Numbered from the stretch's first letter, positions 35,915 through 46,846 are shown. The stretch is 64,000 bases of DNA from Anaerolineae bacterium (GCA_027021705.1 JALUTT010000092.1:53031-117030), one strand, 5' to 3'. Notes: generated by a model not told the origin, from the letters alone. A program made the numbers and translations.

Positions 35915-37405
35915 TCATCGGCGCACCGCCTCGACGAAGGCCCGCAGCTTGGCGGGGTCCTTGAGGCCCTTGGACCGCTCGACGCCGCTGGAGACGTCCA
36001 CCCCCCAGGGGCGGACCTGGGCGATGGCCTCCCCGACGTTCTCCGGCCTGAGGCCGCCGGCCAGGAGCAGCCGAAAGCGCCGGGCCAGCTCCCGCGCGAT
36101 CCCCCAGTCGGCCCGAAGGCCGGTGCCCCCGGGCCGGGTAGGATGGTAGGCATCCACCAGGAGCTGGGGGAGGGTCGCGGCGTCGGGGAGGGCCGCTCGG
36201 TAGGCCTCGGCCATCACCTCCGCCTCCTCGGGCGAGCGGGGGCGCAGGGCCTTGAAGGCGCGGGGGTGCAGCGCCCCCACCAAGGCCGGCGGCTCCCGAC
36301 CGTGCAACTGGGCCAGGTCCAGGCCGGCGGCGTCCAGGACCGCCCGCACCTCCTCCGCCGGCGCGTCCACGAAGACGCCGACGAACCGGGGGGCGTCGGC
36401 CCCGAACTCGGCCCGCAGCGCGGCGGTGATGGCGGCCACCCGCTCCGGCCGGACGAAGCGGGGGCTCCCGGGGTAGAAGACGAAGCCCAGGAAGTCGGCC
36501 CCGGCCTCCGCCGCCCGACGGGCGTCCTCCAAGGTCGTGAGGCCGCAGACCTTGATGCGTGGCCCGCGCTGCCCGCTGCTCCGAGGCCGGAGCAGGGGGT
36601 GGGAAGGGGGATGGGGGATGGGCGGGGTGGTGAACTCCCGCGCTTTCCGGCCGGGGTCGGCGGCCCGGACCAGCGCCTCCCCGACGAGGATGGCGTCGGC
36701 GCCGGCGGCGGCCACCTCCTCGGCGTCGGAACGCCCCCGGATGCCGCTCTCGGCGACCAGGAGGACCCCCCGGGAAACTTGAGGGCGCAGCCGGGCCGTC
36801 GTCCCCAGGTCCACCCGGAAGGTGCGCAGGTCCCGGTTGTTGACGCCGATGAGGCGCGGCCCGATCCGCAGCGCCCGCGCCAGCTCCGCCTCGTCGTGGA
36901 CCTCGACCAGCGCGGCCATGCCCAGCCGCCGGGTCAGCCGGTAGAGGGCCTGGAGCGTGGCGTCGTCCAGGGCGGCGACGATGAGCAGGAGGGCGTCGGC
37001 GCCGGCCGCCCGCGCCTCGTAGACCTGGTAGGGGCCCAGGATGAAGTCCTTGCGCAGCAGGGGCAGGCGGACCCGGCGGCGCACGGCCCGCAGGTGCTCC
37101 AGGCTGCCCCCGAAGAAGGGGCCGTCGGTGAGGATGCTGATGGCGGCCGCGCCGTTGGCCTCATACCGGCGGGCCAGGTCCACCGGGTCGAAGTCGGCCC
37201 GGAGCAGCCCCTTGCTGGGCGAGGCCCGCTTGACCTCGGCGATGAGGGCCAGGTTGGGGCCGCTCAGGGCGGCGACGAAGTCCCGGGGAGGCGGGGCCTG
37301 GGCCGCTTCGGCCCGCAGCCGCGCCAAGGGCACCTCCCGCCGGCGCCGGGCCACCTCCTCCCGCTTCCGATCCAGAATCTCCCGGAGGATGGTTGGGGAG
37401 GGCAT
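35915..37405 (-). CDS. trpCF: Fused indole-3-glycerol phosphate synthase / phosphoribosylanthranilate isomerase
   Basis: IAEVKRASPSKG, LRKDF, GVNNRDL; then IKVCG, QLHG, LAGGL, GVDVSSGVE. Confidence 0.93.
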   Translation of the reverse strand: MPSPTILREILDRKREEVARRRREVPLARLRAEAAQAPPPRDFVAALSGPNLALIAEVKRASPSKGLLRADFDPVDLARRYEANGAAAISILTDGPFFGGSLEHLRAVRRRVRLPLLRKDFILGPYQVYEARAAGADALLLIVAALDDATLQALYRLTRRLGMAALVEVHDEAELARALRIGPRLIGVNNRDLRTFRVDLGTTARLRPQVSRGVLLVAESGIRGRSDAEEVAAAGADAILVGEALVRAADPGRKAREFTTPPIPHPPSHPLLRPRSSGQRGPRIKVCGLTTLEDARRAAEAGADFLGFVFYPGSPRFVRPERVAAITAALRAEFGADAPRFVGVFVDAPAEEVRAVLDAAGLDLAQLHGREPPALVGALHPRAFKALRPRSPEEAEVMAEAYRAALPDAATLPQLLVDAYHPTRPGGTGLRADWGIARELARRFRLLLAGGLRPENVGEAIAQVRPWGVDVSSGVERSKGLKDPAKLRAFVEAVRR

Positions 37406-37409
37406 GGCG

Positions 37410-38450
37410 CTACGGGGTGCGGGTTGCGTGTTGCGTGTAGGCGATGAGGGCGTCCAGAGTGCGCAGGGCGGCCCCGCTGTCCAGGCTCTCGGCGGCCCGG
37501 GCGATGCCCTCCTCCAGGTCGGCAGCGGCACCGCCGGCGACGAGGGCGGCGGCAGCGTTGAGGAGGACCACGTCGCGCCGGGGGCCTCGCTCCTCGCCGC
37601 CCAGGATGGCGCGGGTGATGCGGGCGTTCTCCTCGGGGGAGCCGCCCCGCAGGGCCTCGGCGGGTGCCGGCTCGAAGCCCAGCGCCCAGGGGTCCAGCGT
37701 CTCCGTCACCACCTGGCCGTCGGCGGGGGGGATGCCGAAGAAGCTGACCCGGTTAGGGCCGGCCGTCGTCAGCTCGTCCAGCCCGCCCGCGCCGTGGACG
37801 ACGTAGGCGGCGCGGCCTCCCAGGGCCTGGAGCACGCGGGCCAGCACCTCGGTCAGCGCCCCGTCGTAGACGCCCAGAAGCTGGGCCGTCGCCCCGGCCG
37901 GGTTGGTGAGCGGCCCCAGGATGTTGAAGATGGTGCGGACGCCCAACTCCCGGCGCGGCCCGATGGCGTGGCGCATCGCCGGGTGGAGCTTCGGGGCGAA
38001 GAGGAAGCCGATGCCGATCTCGTCAATGGCCTGGGCGACCTGTCGGGGGGAGAGGTCGAGGCGGACGCCCAGGGCCTCCAGCACGTCGGCGCTGCCCGAC
38101 CGGCTGCTGACGCTGCGGTTGCCGTGCTTGGCCACCCCCAGGCCGGCGCCGGCGACGACGAAGGCGGTCGTCGTGGAGATGTTGAAGGTGCCGGCCCGGT
38201 CTCCCCCCGTCCCGCAGGTGTCAATCACGTCGGGGCGGGAGGGGCGGACCGGCACCGCCGCCTGCCGCATCGCCCGGGCGCAGCCGACAATCTCCTCGAC
38301 GGTCTCGCCCTTGCTGCGCAGGGCCACCAGGAAGCCGGCGATCTGGGCCGGCGTAGCGGCACCGCGCATGATCTCCCCCATCACCGCTTCGGCCTCCTGA
38401 GCCGACAGCGACTCGCCTTCCAGCAGTCGGTGGATCGCTTCGCGGATCAT
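37410..38450 (-). CDS. trpD: Anthranilate phosphoribosyltransferase
   Basis: DTCGTGGD, FNIST, KHGNRS, GSAD. Confidence 0.96.
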   Translation of the reverse strand: MIREAIHRLLEGESLSAQEAEAVMGEIMRGAATPAQIAGFLVALRSKGETVEEIVGCARAMRQAAVPVRPSRPDVIDTCGTGGDRAGTFNISTTTAFVVAGAGLGVAKHGNRSVSSRSGSADVLEALGVRLDLSPRQVAQAIDEIGIGFLFAPKLHPAMRHAIGPRRELGVRTIFNILGPLTNPAGATAQLLGVYDGALTEVLARVLQALGGRAAYVVHGAGGLDELTTAGPNRVSFFGIPPADGQVVTETLDPWALGFEPAPAEALRGGSPEENARITRAILGGEERGPRRDVVLLNAAAALVAGGAAADLEEGIARAAESLDSGAALRTLDALIAYTQHATRTP

Positions 38451-38544
38451 CGTACCCTCCTTTCAGCCGGATAGCTATGGAAAGCCTCTCTACACGACTC
38501 CGTGCTTTGCCGTAGGGCGGGTTCCCGTACCCGCCCGGATGGCT

Positions 38545-39108
<564 letters not shown>

Positions 39109-39124
39109 CGCAACCTCCTTTGAT

Positions 39125-39445
39125 TTAGTCCTTGGTCCTCAGTCCTTAGTCCTCAGTCCGCCGCTAAGCCGCTAGCCGCTAGGTCGCTAGCCGCTACGCC
39201 GCTACGCCGCTCGGTCGGCGGTTGGCTACGCAGTCCTCGGTCCTCAGCCCTCGGTGCCTCCCTCTTGGTCAGGTGGTCAAGTGGTCGAGTGGTCCTCGGT
39301 CCTCGGTCCTCAGCCCTTGGTCCACAGTCCGCCGCTACGCCGCTCGGTCGGCGGTTGGCTACGCAGTCCTCGGTCCTCAGTCCTCAGTCCTTGCCCCTTG
39401 CCCCCTGCCCCTTGCCCCTTGCCCCCTGCCCCTTGCCCCTTCCTC
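39125..39445. repeat. Heptamer mosaic (GTCCTCR, GCCGCTA, CCCCTTG) overlapping trpE 3' end
   Basis: Direct reading; 39156-39247 matches 41005-41096 at 88/92. Confidence 0.9.
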
Positions 39446-40950
39446 CCTTCCCCCTCCGCCATCTCGATGGCCAGGGCCAGGGCGCGGGCTTTGTGCAGCG
39501 TCTCCTCCCACTCCCGGCCGGGGTCGCTGTCGGCGACGATGCCCGCCCCGGCCTGGAGGTAGGCGGTCTCGCCCCGCATCAGGATGGTGCGGATGGTGAT
39601 GCAGGTGTCCATATTGCCGTTGAAGCCGAAGTAGCCGACGGCCCCGGCGTAGGGGCCGCGCCGCACCCCCTCCAGCTCTTCGATGATCTCCATCGCCCGG
39701 ACTTTGGGCGCACCGCTGACGGTGCCGGCGGGGAAGGTGGCCCGTAGCAGGTCGTAGGCGTCCAGCCCCTCGCGCAGCCGCCCCGTGACCCGGCTGACCA
39801 GGTGGATGACGTGGGAGTAGCGCTCCAGGGTGAGGAAGTCGGGCACCTCCACGGTGCCGTAGTCGCAGACGCGCCCCAGGTCGTTGCGCCCCAGGTCCAC
39901 CAGCATCACGTGCTCTGCCCGCTCCTTGGGATCGGCCAGCAGTTCGGCCTCCAGCGCCCGGTCCTCGGCCTCGTCCGCCCCGCGCGGACGGGTGCCGGCG
40001 ATGGGGCGGACCTCGGCCTGTCGTCCTTCCAGCCGCACCAGCACCTCCGGCGAGGAGCCGATGAGGGCGATGGGGGGATCGCCCCCCAGTTCCAGGAAGA
40101 ACATGTAGGGCGAGGGGTTGAGCCGCCGCAGCGCCCGGTAGATGCTGAAGGGCTCGGCCCGGGTGGGGCGGGTGAGCCGCTGGGAGAGAACGACCTGGAA
40201 GATGTCGCCGGCGGCGATGTAGGCCTTGGCCCGGCGGACCATCGCCTCGAACTGGGCCCGGCTCACGTTGGACCGGGGCCGTTCGTCGGAGGGGCCCGGT
40301 GGCGGCGGCGAGGGGGGAAGGGGGCGCTGCAGCCGGGCCTCCAGGGCCTCCAGCCGGGCGAGGGCGTCGTCGTAGGCGGCGTCGGGATCGCCCCCCGCCG
40401 GCACGAAGGCGTTGGCGAAGAGGAGCAGCCGGTGCTGCACGTGGTCGAAGACGACCAGCGTGTCGGTCACCAGCAGGTGCAGGTCGGGCAGCCCCAGATC
40501 GTCCTGGGCCGTCGCCGGCAGGCGCTCGAAGAAGCGGACCAGGTCGTACCCCAGGTAGCCGACGGCTCCGCCGAAGAAGCGGGGGAGCCCCCGCACCTCG
40601 CCGGGCAGGGGGATGCCGGGGCGGTAGCGCTCCATCTCGGCGGCGACGACGTGGAGCGGGTCCTGGTGGGCCGCCAGCCGGTGGGTCGTCGCGGGCATCT
40701 CGCCGTCCAGCACCGTCACCTCGCGGCCCCGGGCGATGATCTGGCGGCGGGGGTTGACGCCGAGGAAGGAGTAGCGACCGAGCTGTTCCCCCTTCTCGAC
40801 GCTCTCCAGCAGGAAGCCCGGCCCCTCTCCGCGCAGCTTAAGGTAGACGGAGACCGGAGTCTCCAGGTCGGCCGGCAGCTCCCGGTAGACCGGGATCAGC
40901 CCGCCTCGCGAGGCCATCGCTCGAAAGTCCTGTCGTGACAATTTCCCCAT
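39310..40950 (-). CDS. trpE: Anthranilate synthase component I with repeat-derived C-terminal tail
   Basis: LLES, GDIFQVVLS, NPSPYM, PIAGT, GTVSGAPK, QAGAGIV. Confidence 0.95.
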   Translation of the reverse strand: MGKLSRQDFRAMASRGGLIPVYRELPADLETPVSVYLKLRGEGPGFLLESVEKGEQLGRYSFLGVNPRRQIIARGREVTVLDGEMPATTHRLAAHQDPLHVVAAEMERYRPGIPLPGEVRGLPRFFGGAVGYLGYDLVRFFERLPATAQDDLGLPDLHLLVTDTLVVFDHVQHRLLLFANAFVPAGGDPDAAYDDALARLEALEARLQRPLPPSPPPPGPSDERPRSNVSRAQFEAMVRRAKAYIAAGDIFQVVLSQRLTRPTRAEPFSIYRALRRLNPSPYMFFLELGGDPPIALIGSSPEVLVRLEGRQAEVRPIAGTRPRGADEAEDRALEAELLADPKERAEHVMLVDLGRNDLGRVCDYGTVEVPDFLTLERYSHVIHLVSRVTGRLREGLDAYDLLRATFPAGTVSGAPKVRAMEIIEELEGVRRGPYAGAVGYFGFNGNMDTCITIRTILMRGETAYLQAGAGIVADSDPGREWEETLHKARALALAIEMAEGEGRKGQGAGGKGQGAGGKGQGLRTEDRGLRSQPPTERRSGGLWTKG

Positions 40951-40964
40951 AAGCTTCTCTCCTA

Positions 40965-41215
40965 GCTCAGTCCTCGGTCCTCGGTCCTCAGTCCTCAGTC
41001 CTCGGTCCGCCGCTAAGCCGCCAGCCGCTAGGTCGCCAGCCGCTACGCCGCTACGCCGCTCGGCCGGCGGTCGGCTACGCAGTCCTCGGTCCTCAGTCCT
41101 CAGTCCTCAGTCCGCCGCTACGCCGCTATGCCGCTAGCCGCTACGCCGCTATGCCGCTTGATCGGCGGTCGGCTACGCAGTCCTCGGTCCTCGGTCCTCG
41201 GTCCTCATCCCTCAT
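40965..41215. repeat. Heptamer/octamer mosaic in trp leader
   Basis: (GTCCTCR)n and (GCCGCTA[C])n blocks. Confidence 0.9.
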
Positions 41216-41220
41216 CCCAT

Positions 41221-41580
41221 ACGAAAAACGCCCCTCATCCCCGTTGGGGACGAGAGGCGTCCGACGCATCCCGCGGTGCCACCCCACTTAGGCCGGCGGA
41301 AACAAAAAACGCGCCGGTGAAGCGCGTTTTCGTGAGCCAGCCTCACTCGTTGCAGGTACGGGCCTGCTCACCCTGCCCTCGGCAGGAGGCAAGCCGATAC
41401 CCTCGGCCCTGATAACGGTGGCGACTCCGGCCGGCCCTACTGAGCGCGAAGACTGCGCCGTTGGGGCCGGCAGCTCCCCGGCCCATTCACGCCTGCCGCT
41501 TGCGAGTGGGCTTCCAGCCCAAGGCCCACCTCTCTGGCGCGCGCTCAGGCGCTACTCTTCCGGTTCCCAGCCGTTGCTCG
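41221..41580 (-). promoter_or_regulatory. T-box riboswitch, Trp specifier
   Basis: GGAAGAGTA, CAGAGA, GAA-TGG specifier (41483-41485), AGTA, CCGTTA, T-box AAGTGGGGTGGCACCGCG (41272-41289), terminator + U tract. Confidence 0.92.
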
Positions 41581-41609
41581 TGATTCTGTTGGCGGGCGAT
41601 CGCGCCAGT

Positions 41610-41638
41610 AGTATACCAGAGCGCCCGTTGGCTGTCAA
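41610..41638 (-). promoter_or_regulatory. trp operon promoter
   Basis: TTGACA-N17-TATACT. Confidence 0.85.
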
Positions 41639-41649
41639 GGGTGCACGTC

Positions 41650-41806
41650 GCGGTGATTACCCACAAGTGAGCGAGAGAGTGGTCCGTAGCGGGCCGTCCA
41701 CGAATTTCTCACAAATGCACGAATGAGGCGGTCCTGAATTCGTGTATTCGTGCCCCATTCGCGGACGGCTGGTCTCCCTATCTCCAAAGATATGAGCAAT
41801 CACCGC
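41650..41806. mobile_element. Family B MITE, 157 bp, 8-bp target duplication
   Basis: TGCACGTC at 41642-41649 and 41807-41814; near-identical to 51767-51923. Confidence 0.85.
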
Positions 41807-41834
41807 TGCACGTCCTGGCAGGTGAGGCAGTTGG

Positions 41835-43088
41835 TCAAATTGCCCCACGCACCTCCGGCCAGTCCAGCATCATCACCGAGACCTGCGCCCCGGCCGGCAG
41901 GTGGTCCACCTCCTCCGGGATGATGGCCAGCCCCTGGGCGCGGACCATCGAGAGGAGGATGCCGGAGCCCTGGTCGCCGGTCAGCCGGGCGACGTACTCC
42001 TCCCCCCGTCGCTCCACCGTCACCCGCAGGTAGTGGCGGCGGTGGTCCTTGTGGGGGATCGGGTCCAGCAGCCGGGCTTCCACCACCGGCCTCTCCAGCC
42101 GCCGCTTCCCCAGCATCTTGAGGATGGCAGGCCGGGCGAAGAGCTCGAAGCTGACCATGGCCGAGACGGGGTTGCCCGGCAGCCCCAGCAGCGGCACCCC
42201 GCCGATGTGGCCGAAGGCGAGGGGCTTGCCCGGCTTCATCCGCACCCGCCAGAAGGCGACCTCGCCCTCGGCGGCCAGCACCTCCTTCACCACGTCGAAG
42301 TCGCCCACCGAGACCCCGCCGGAGGTGAGCAGGAGGTCCGCGCCCTGCTCCAGGCCGGCCCGGATGCGGGCGGTCAGCTCGGCCACGTCGTCGCGGGCGA
42401 TGCCCAGCAGGATGGGCACGCCCCCGCAGCGCAGGACCTGGGCGGCGTTGGCGTAGCTGTTGGCGTTGCGGATCTTGCCCGGCTGCCAGGGAGCGTCCAC
42501 CTCGATCACCTCGTCACCGGTGGCCAGGATGGCGACGCGGGGCCGGCGGTGGACCTGGACCTCCTTGTGGCCCAGGGCGGCCATCATCCCCACCTCCGGG
42601 GGGCGGATCTCGGTGCCCCGGGGGAGGATCAAGGCCCCCCGGCGCACGTCCTCGCCGGCCTGGCGCACGTTCTCGCCCACCGCCACCGCCTTGAGGACCC
42701 GCACCCACGCGCCGTCCCGCTCCGTCTCCTCGAAGCGGACGACGGCGTCGGCTCCCGGCGGGATGGGGGCGCCGGTCATAATGCGGATGGCGCACCCCTC
42801 GGTGACGGGAACGTCGGTGGTGTATCCGGCGGCCAGGTCGTGGACGATGCGCAGCCGGACAGGGTGGTCGGGGCCGGCGCCGGCGGTGTCGGCGGCCCGC
42901 ACGGCGTAGCCGTCCATCGCCGAGTTGGCCAGGGGCGGGATGTCCATCTCGGCGTAGAGGTCCTCGGCCAGCACCCGGCCCAGGGTCTCCAGCAGCGGCA
43001 CCCGCTCCGGCGGGAGGGGCCGGAAGGCGGCCAGCACCCGCTCTCGGGCCTCTTCAACGCTGAGCATCGGGTACAGCGTCGTGGTCAT
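41835..43088 (-). CDS. moeA: Molybdopterin molybdotransferase
   Basis: SAMDGYA, IMTGA, ATGDE, TSGGVSVG, KPGKP, LPGNP. Confidence 0.95.
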   Translation of the reverse strand: MTTTLYPMLSVEEARERVLAAFRPLPPERVPLLETLGRVLAEDLYAEMDIPPLANSAMDGYAVRAADTAGAGPDHPVRLRIVHDLAAGYTTDVPVTEGCAIRIMTGAPIPPGADAVVRFEETERDGAWVRVLKAVAVGENVRQAGEDVRRGALILPRGTEIRPPEVGMMAALGHKEVQVHRRPRVAILATGDEVIEVDAPWQPGKIRNANSYANAAQVLRCGGVPILLGIARDDVAELTARIRAGLEQGADLLLTSGGVSVGDFDVVKEVLAAEGEVAFWRVRMKPGKPLAFGHIGGVPLLGLPGNPVSAMVSFELFARPAILKMLGKRRLERPVVEARLLDPIPHKDHRRHYLRVTVERRGEEYVARLTGDQGSGILLSMVRAQGLAIIPEEVDHLPAGAQVSVMMLDWPEVRGAI

Positions 43089-43150
43089 TGACTCCTCACT
43101 TCCCTCAGAGCTTCAGGGATTCAAACGCCCGCTTGGCGGCGGTCTTTCCA

Positions 43151-43235
43151 ACGCAGAGGCGCAGGGGGCGCAGAGGCCCTTTCGGCTCCTTCCGCTTCCC
43201 TCTTCCCCTCTCTGCACCCTCGGTGTTCCGGCGGT
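43151..43235. repeat. CGCAGAG 9-nt-period inverted-repeat element
   Basis: cgcagaggcgcagggggcgcagagg ... ctctgcaccctcggtgttccggcggt. Confidence 0.55.
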
Positions 43236-43301
43236 GCATTCCTACCTCGCCGCAGACCGGACGCACTCGGTCTGCCGTGGCAGAGGACTTGAAAGGCCCT
43301 C

Positions 43302-43829
43302 CTACTCGTCCGAGGCCGGCGACCCATCATCCTCCAGCCCCGTGCCCAATTCCAGGGGCTCTTCCACCGGCTGGGCGAGGACCCCCCGCTCCCGCTGGAC
43401 CCGGGCGATGCCGTTGCGGACGACCGTCAGCGTGTGGTTCAGCGTGGCCTCCAGTTGCGTCAGCACCTCCAGCACGTAGTCGTCGGCGTCGGCCTTGATG
43501 CTCTCGGCCTCCTGGAGCGCCTGCTGGCGGATCTCCCTGGCCCGCTTCTTCGCTTCCTGGGTGATGACGTGCTCTTCCACCAGTTGGGCTGCCTTCTCCC
43601 GGGCCAGTTGGCGGATCCGCTCCGCTTCCTCCTTGGCCTGGGCCAGGATCCGCTCCCGCTCCTGGTTGATCCGCTGGGCCTGGCGCACCTCCTCCGGGAT
43701 GGAGATGCGCATCTGGTCAATGAGGTCCCAGGCCCGCCGGGCGTCCACCAGCAGGCTGTCGGAAAAGGGCAGCCGCCGGCTGTTGTTCAGCAACGCTTCC
43801 AGTCGGTCCAGCAGGTGTTGGATGTCCAT
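43302..43829 (-). CDS. Coiled-coil protein commonly encoded after coaD
   Basis: LIDQMRISIPEEVRQA, ADDY motifs; context. Confidence 0.8.
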   Translation of the reverse strand: MDIQHLLDRLEALLNNSRRLPFSDSLLVDARRAWDLIDQMRISIPEEVRQAQRINQERERILAQAKEEAERIRQLAREKAAQLVEEHVITQEAKKRAREIRQQALQEAESIKADADDYVLEVLTQLEATLNHTLTVVRNGIARVQRERGVLAQPVEEPLELGTGLEDDGSPASDE

Positions 43830-43868
43830 CCCAGCCTCCGTCTCGTCCCTCGATGATGCTCGACACCC

Positions 43869-44396
43869 TCAGTCGCGGAGGGAGATCATCGGCACCGAAT
43901 TGTCCCGTTCCTCCCCCAGTTCGGCGAATCGGCGGGCCAGGGCCTCGGCCACCGGTGGCGGAACCATCCGGCTGATGTCCCCGCCCAGCATGGCGACCTC
44001 TTTCACCGTGCTGGAGCTGAGGAAGGTGTGCTCCTCGCTGGTGATGAGACAGACCACCTCGATGTCCGGGGCCAGCCGCTTGTTGGTCAGGGCCATGCGG
44101 AACTCCAGCTCGAAGTCGGAGAAGACCCGCAGCCCCCGCACGATCACCTGAGCGCCCACCTGGCGGGCGAAGTCCACCGTGAGGCAATGGTAGCTGTGCA
44201 CCTGGATGCGGTCGTAGCCGGCCAGCGCCTGGCGCACCAGCGCCAACCGCTCCTCGGTGTTGAAGAGCAGCGTCTTCAGGGGGCGGTCGTAGACGGCGAC
44301 GATCACCTCGTCGAAGATCTCGGCCGCCCGGGTGGCGATGTCCACGTGACCGTAGTGGATGGGGTCGAAGGTGCCGGGGTAAAGGGCTCGGATCAT
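43869..44396 (-). CDS. coaD: Pantetheine-phosphate adenylyltransferase
   Basis: YPGTFDPIHYGH, VRGLR, LSSSTVKE; overlaps recG stop. Confidence 0.96.
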   Translation of the reverse strand: MIRALYPGTFDPIHYGHVDIATRAAEIFDEVIVAVYDRPLKTLLFNTEERLALVRQALAGYDRIQVHSYHCLTVDFARQVGAQVIVRGLRVFSDFELEFRMALTNKRLAPDIEVVCLITSEEHTFLSSSTVKEVAMLGGDISRMVPPPVAEALARRFAELGEERDNSVPMISLRD

Positions 44397-46846
44397 CAGC
44401 TTATCTCGCTTTCCTCTTGCCAAAAGGTTGCGACGCGCCGGGCCAGGAGCCGGTGTTCGGGGCGATGGAGCTCCGGGTCCGCTTCCATCAAACGCTGCGC
44501 CTCCCGCCGGGCCAGGTCCAACAGCCGGCTGTCCCCCATCCCGGCGACCTTCAGGTCGGGCAGCCCGCTCTGGCGGGTGCCGAAGAACTCGCCGGGGCCG
44601 CGCATCTCCAGGTCCTTCTCCGCCAGCAGGAAGCCATCCTGGGTCGCCTCCACCGCCTTCAGCCGCTCCCGGCTCTCCGGCGTCGAGCGATCGGCCAGGA
44701 GGAGGCAGTAGGAGGGGTGGTCGCCCCGCCCCACGCGGCCTCGGAACTGGTGGAGCTGGGCCAGGCCGAAGCGGTTGGCCCCTTCGATGAGCATCACCGT
44801 GGCGTTGGGAACGTCAATGCCCACCTCGACGACGGAGGTGGCGACCAGGATGTCCAGCTCCCCATCGGCGAATCGGCGCATCACCGCCTCCTTCTCCTCG
44901 CCCTTCATCCGCCCGTGGAGCAGCCCCACCCGCAGGTCGTAGAAGACCTCCCGGCTCAGCCGCTCGTACTCCTCGACGGCGGCCTTCGCCTCCAGCTTCT
45001 CCGAGCCCTCGACCAGGGGGCAGATGATGTAGGCCTGGTGCCCCTGGCGCACCTGGGCGCGGATGAAGCTGTAGGCCCGCTCCCGCTCCGTCGGGAGGAG
45101 CACGTGGGTCTCGATGGGCCGGCGGCCCGGCGGCATCTCGTCAATGATCGAGAGGTCCAGGTCCCCGTAGATGGTGAGGGCCAGGCTACGCGGAATGGGG
45201 GTGGCCGTCATCACCAGGACGTGGGGGTTGTGGCCCTTCTGGCGCAGGGCGGCCCGCTGGCGAACGCCGAAGCGGTGCTGCTCGTCAATGACGGCCAGGG
45301 CCAGCTTCTGGAAGGTGACGCCGGCCTGGATGAGGGCGTGGGTGCCGACGACGATCTGGATGCTCCCGTCGGCCAGCCCCTCGTAGATCGCCTTCTTCTC
45401 CGCCGCCGGGGTGCTGCCCGTCAGCAGGCGCAGGGTGGGGCGCAGCCGGGGATCGTCCATCGTCTCGAAGAGGCGGCTCAGGTTGCGGAAATGCTGCTCG
45501 GCCAGGATCTCCGTGGGGGCCATCAGGGCGGCCTGGGCGCCGGCGGCCGCCGTCAGCGCCATCGCCGCCGCCGCGACCACCGTCTTGCCCGATCCCACGT
45601 CCCCCTGGAGCAGCCGGTTCATCGGGCGCTCCTGGCGCAGGTCGGCCAGGATCTCCTCCAGCGCCCGCCGTTGGGCGTTGGTGAGTCGGAAGGGGAGGCC
45701 GGCCAAGAAGCGCTCCAGCAGGGCCTCGTCCACGGGCACGGCCCAACCGGGGCGGGCCTGCCAGCGGTGGCGCTGGCGGAGCACGCCGATCTGGATGAGG
45801 AAGAGTTCGTCGAAGGCGAGCCGACGGCGGGCCCGGTGCAGCGCTTCCCAGTCGTCGGGGAAGTGCATCTGGCGCAGGGCCGTGGAGAGGTCCACCAGCC
45901 CGGCCCGCTCCCGCAGGTCGGGGGGCAAGTGGTCGGGCAGGCGGGGGGCCCAGTAGTCCACCACCCGCTTCATCAGCCGGCGCATCCCCTTGGCGCTGAC
46001 CCCCTCGGTCAGGGGGTAGACGGGAACGATGCGGGCGGTGTGGAGCAGTTCCTGGTCCAGGGGCTCCCAGGTGGGCGATTGGAAGGTGAGCCGGCCCAGG
46101 TACTCCTCCACCTTGCCGCTGATGACGATCTGGCGGCGGGGGCGGAGGCGATCCACCAGGTAGGGCTGGTTGAACCAGGTCACCTCCATCGTGCCGGTCC
46201 CGTCGCCGACGATGGCCTTCACGATGGAGCCGCCGCTCTTGGTCTGGAAGTGCCTGACCTGCCAGATGGTGGCGATGATGGTGACCTCTTCGCCGTACTC
46301 CAGCCGGTTGATGGGCTTGAGCTGGGTGAAGTCGTCGTAGCGGCGGGGGAAGAAGTAGAGGGCGTCTCGGATGGTCCTCACGCCCAGGCGGGCCAGTTGG
46401 CGGGCGCGGGCCTTGCCGATGCCGGTGACGACCTCGATGGGGGAGTCCAGGCCGGAGGGCTCCGTCGCCGGCGGGGGCGGGGGTGGGGGGGCCGGCCTGG
46501 GCGGAGCGGGACGTTCGACCCGGACGGGGGCGGGCTGCTCTTCGACGGCGGCGGGGGCGGGGGCGGCCACGGGTGCGGCCGGTTGGACCGGGGCCGGGAC
46601 GGCGGCGAGCTTCTCCTCCAGCTTGACCATCACCTCCCGCCGGTCGGAGGCGGTGCCCATCTGACCGTACCAGCGCAGCAGGTTGGCGATCCCTTTGATC
46701 CAGGCCGCATCGTCTACGTCCTTCCTGGCCTCTTCCTCCCAGGTATCCGCGTAGCGGGCGATGCCGCCGATGACGGCCCGGTTGCGGTATCCTTGCTCTT
46801 TCTCCAGCGCCAGAATCTTCTTCAGCTTCTCAACGGATTGCAGCAC
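44396..46846 (-). CDS. recG: ATP-dependent DNA helicase RecG
   Basis: QGDVGSGKT, DEQHRFG, MTATPIPR, QFRGRVGR. Confidence 0.97.
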   Translation of the reverse strand: MLQSVEKLKKILALEKEQGYRNRAVIGGIARYADTWEEEARKDVDDAAWIKGIANLLRWYGQMGTASDRREVMVKLEEKLAAVPAPVQPAAPVAAPAPAAVEEQPAPVRVERPAPPRPAPPPPPPPATEPSGLDSPIEVVTGIGKARARQLARLGVRTIRDALYFFPRRYDDFTQLKPINRLEYGEEVTIIATIWQVRHFQTKSGGSIVKAIVGDGTGTMEVTWFNQPYLVDRLRPRRQIVISGKVEEYLGRLTFQSPTWEPLDQELLHTARIVPVYPLTEGVSAKGMRRLMKRVVDYWAPRLPDHLPPDLRERAGLVDLSTALRQMHFPDDWEALHRARRRLAFDELFLIQIGVLRQRHRWQARPGWAVPVDEALLERFLAGLPFRLTNAQRRALEEILADLRQERPMNRLLQGDVGSGKTVVAAAAMALTAAAGAQAALMAPTEILAEQHFRNLSRLFETMDDPRLRPTLRLLTGSTPAAEKKAIYEGLADGSIQIVVGTHALIQAGVTFQKLALAVIDEQHRFGVRQRAALRQKGHNPHVLVMTATPIPRSLALTIYGDLDLSIIDEMPPGRRPIETHVLLPTERERAYSFIRAQVRQGHQAYIICPLVEGSEKLEAKAAVEEYERLSREVFYDLRVGLLHGRMKGEEKEAVMRRFADGELDILVATSVVEVGIDVPNATVMLIEGANRFGLAQLHQFRGRVGRGDHPSYCLLLADRSTPESRERLKAVEATQDGFLLAEKDLEMRGPGEFFGTRQSGLPDLKVAGMGDSRLLDLARREAQRLMEADPELHRPEHRLLARRVATFWQEESEIS

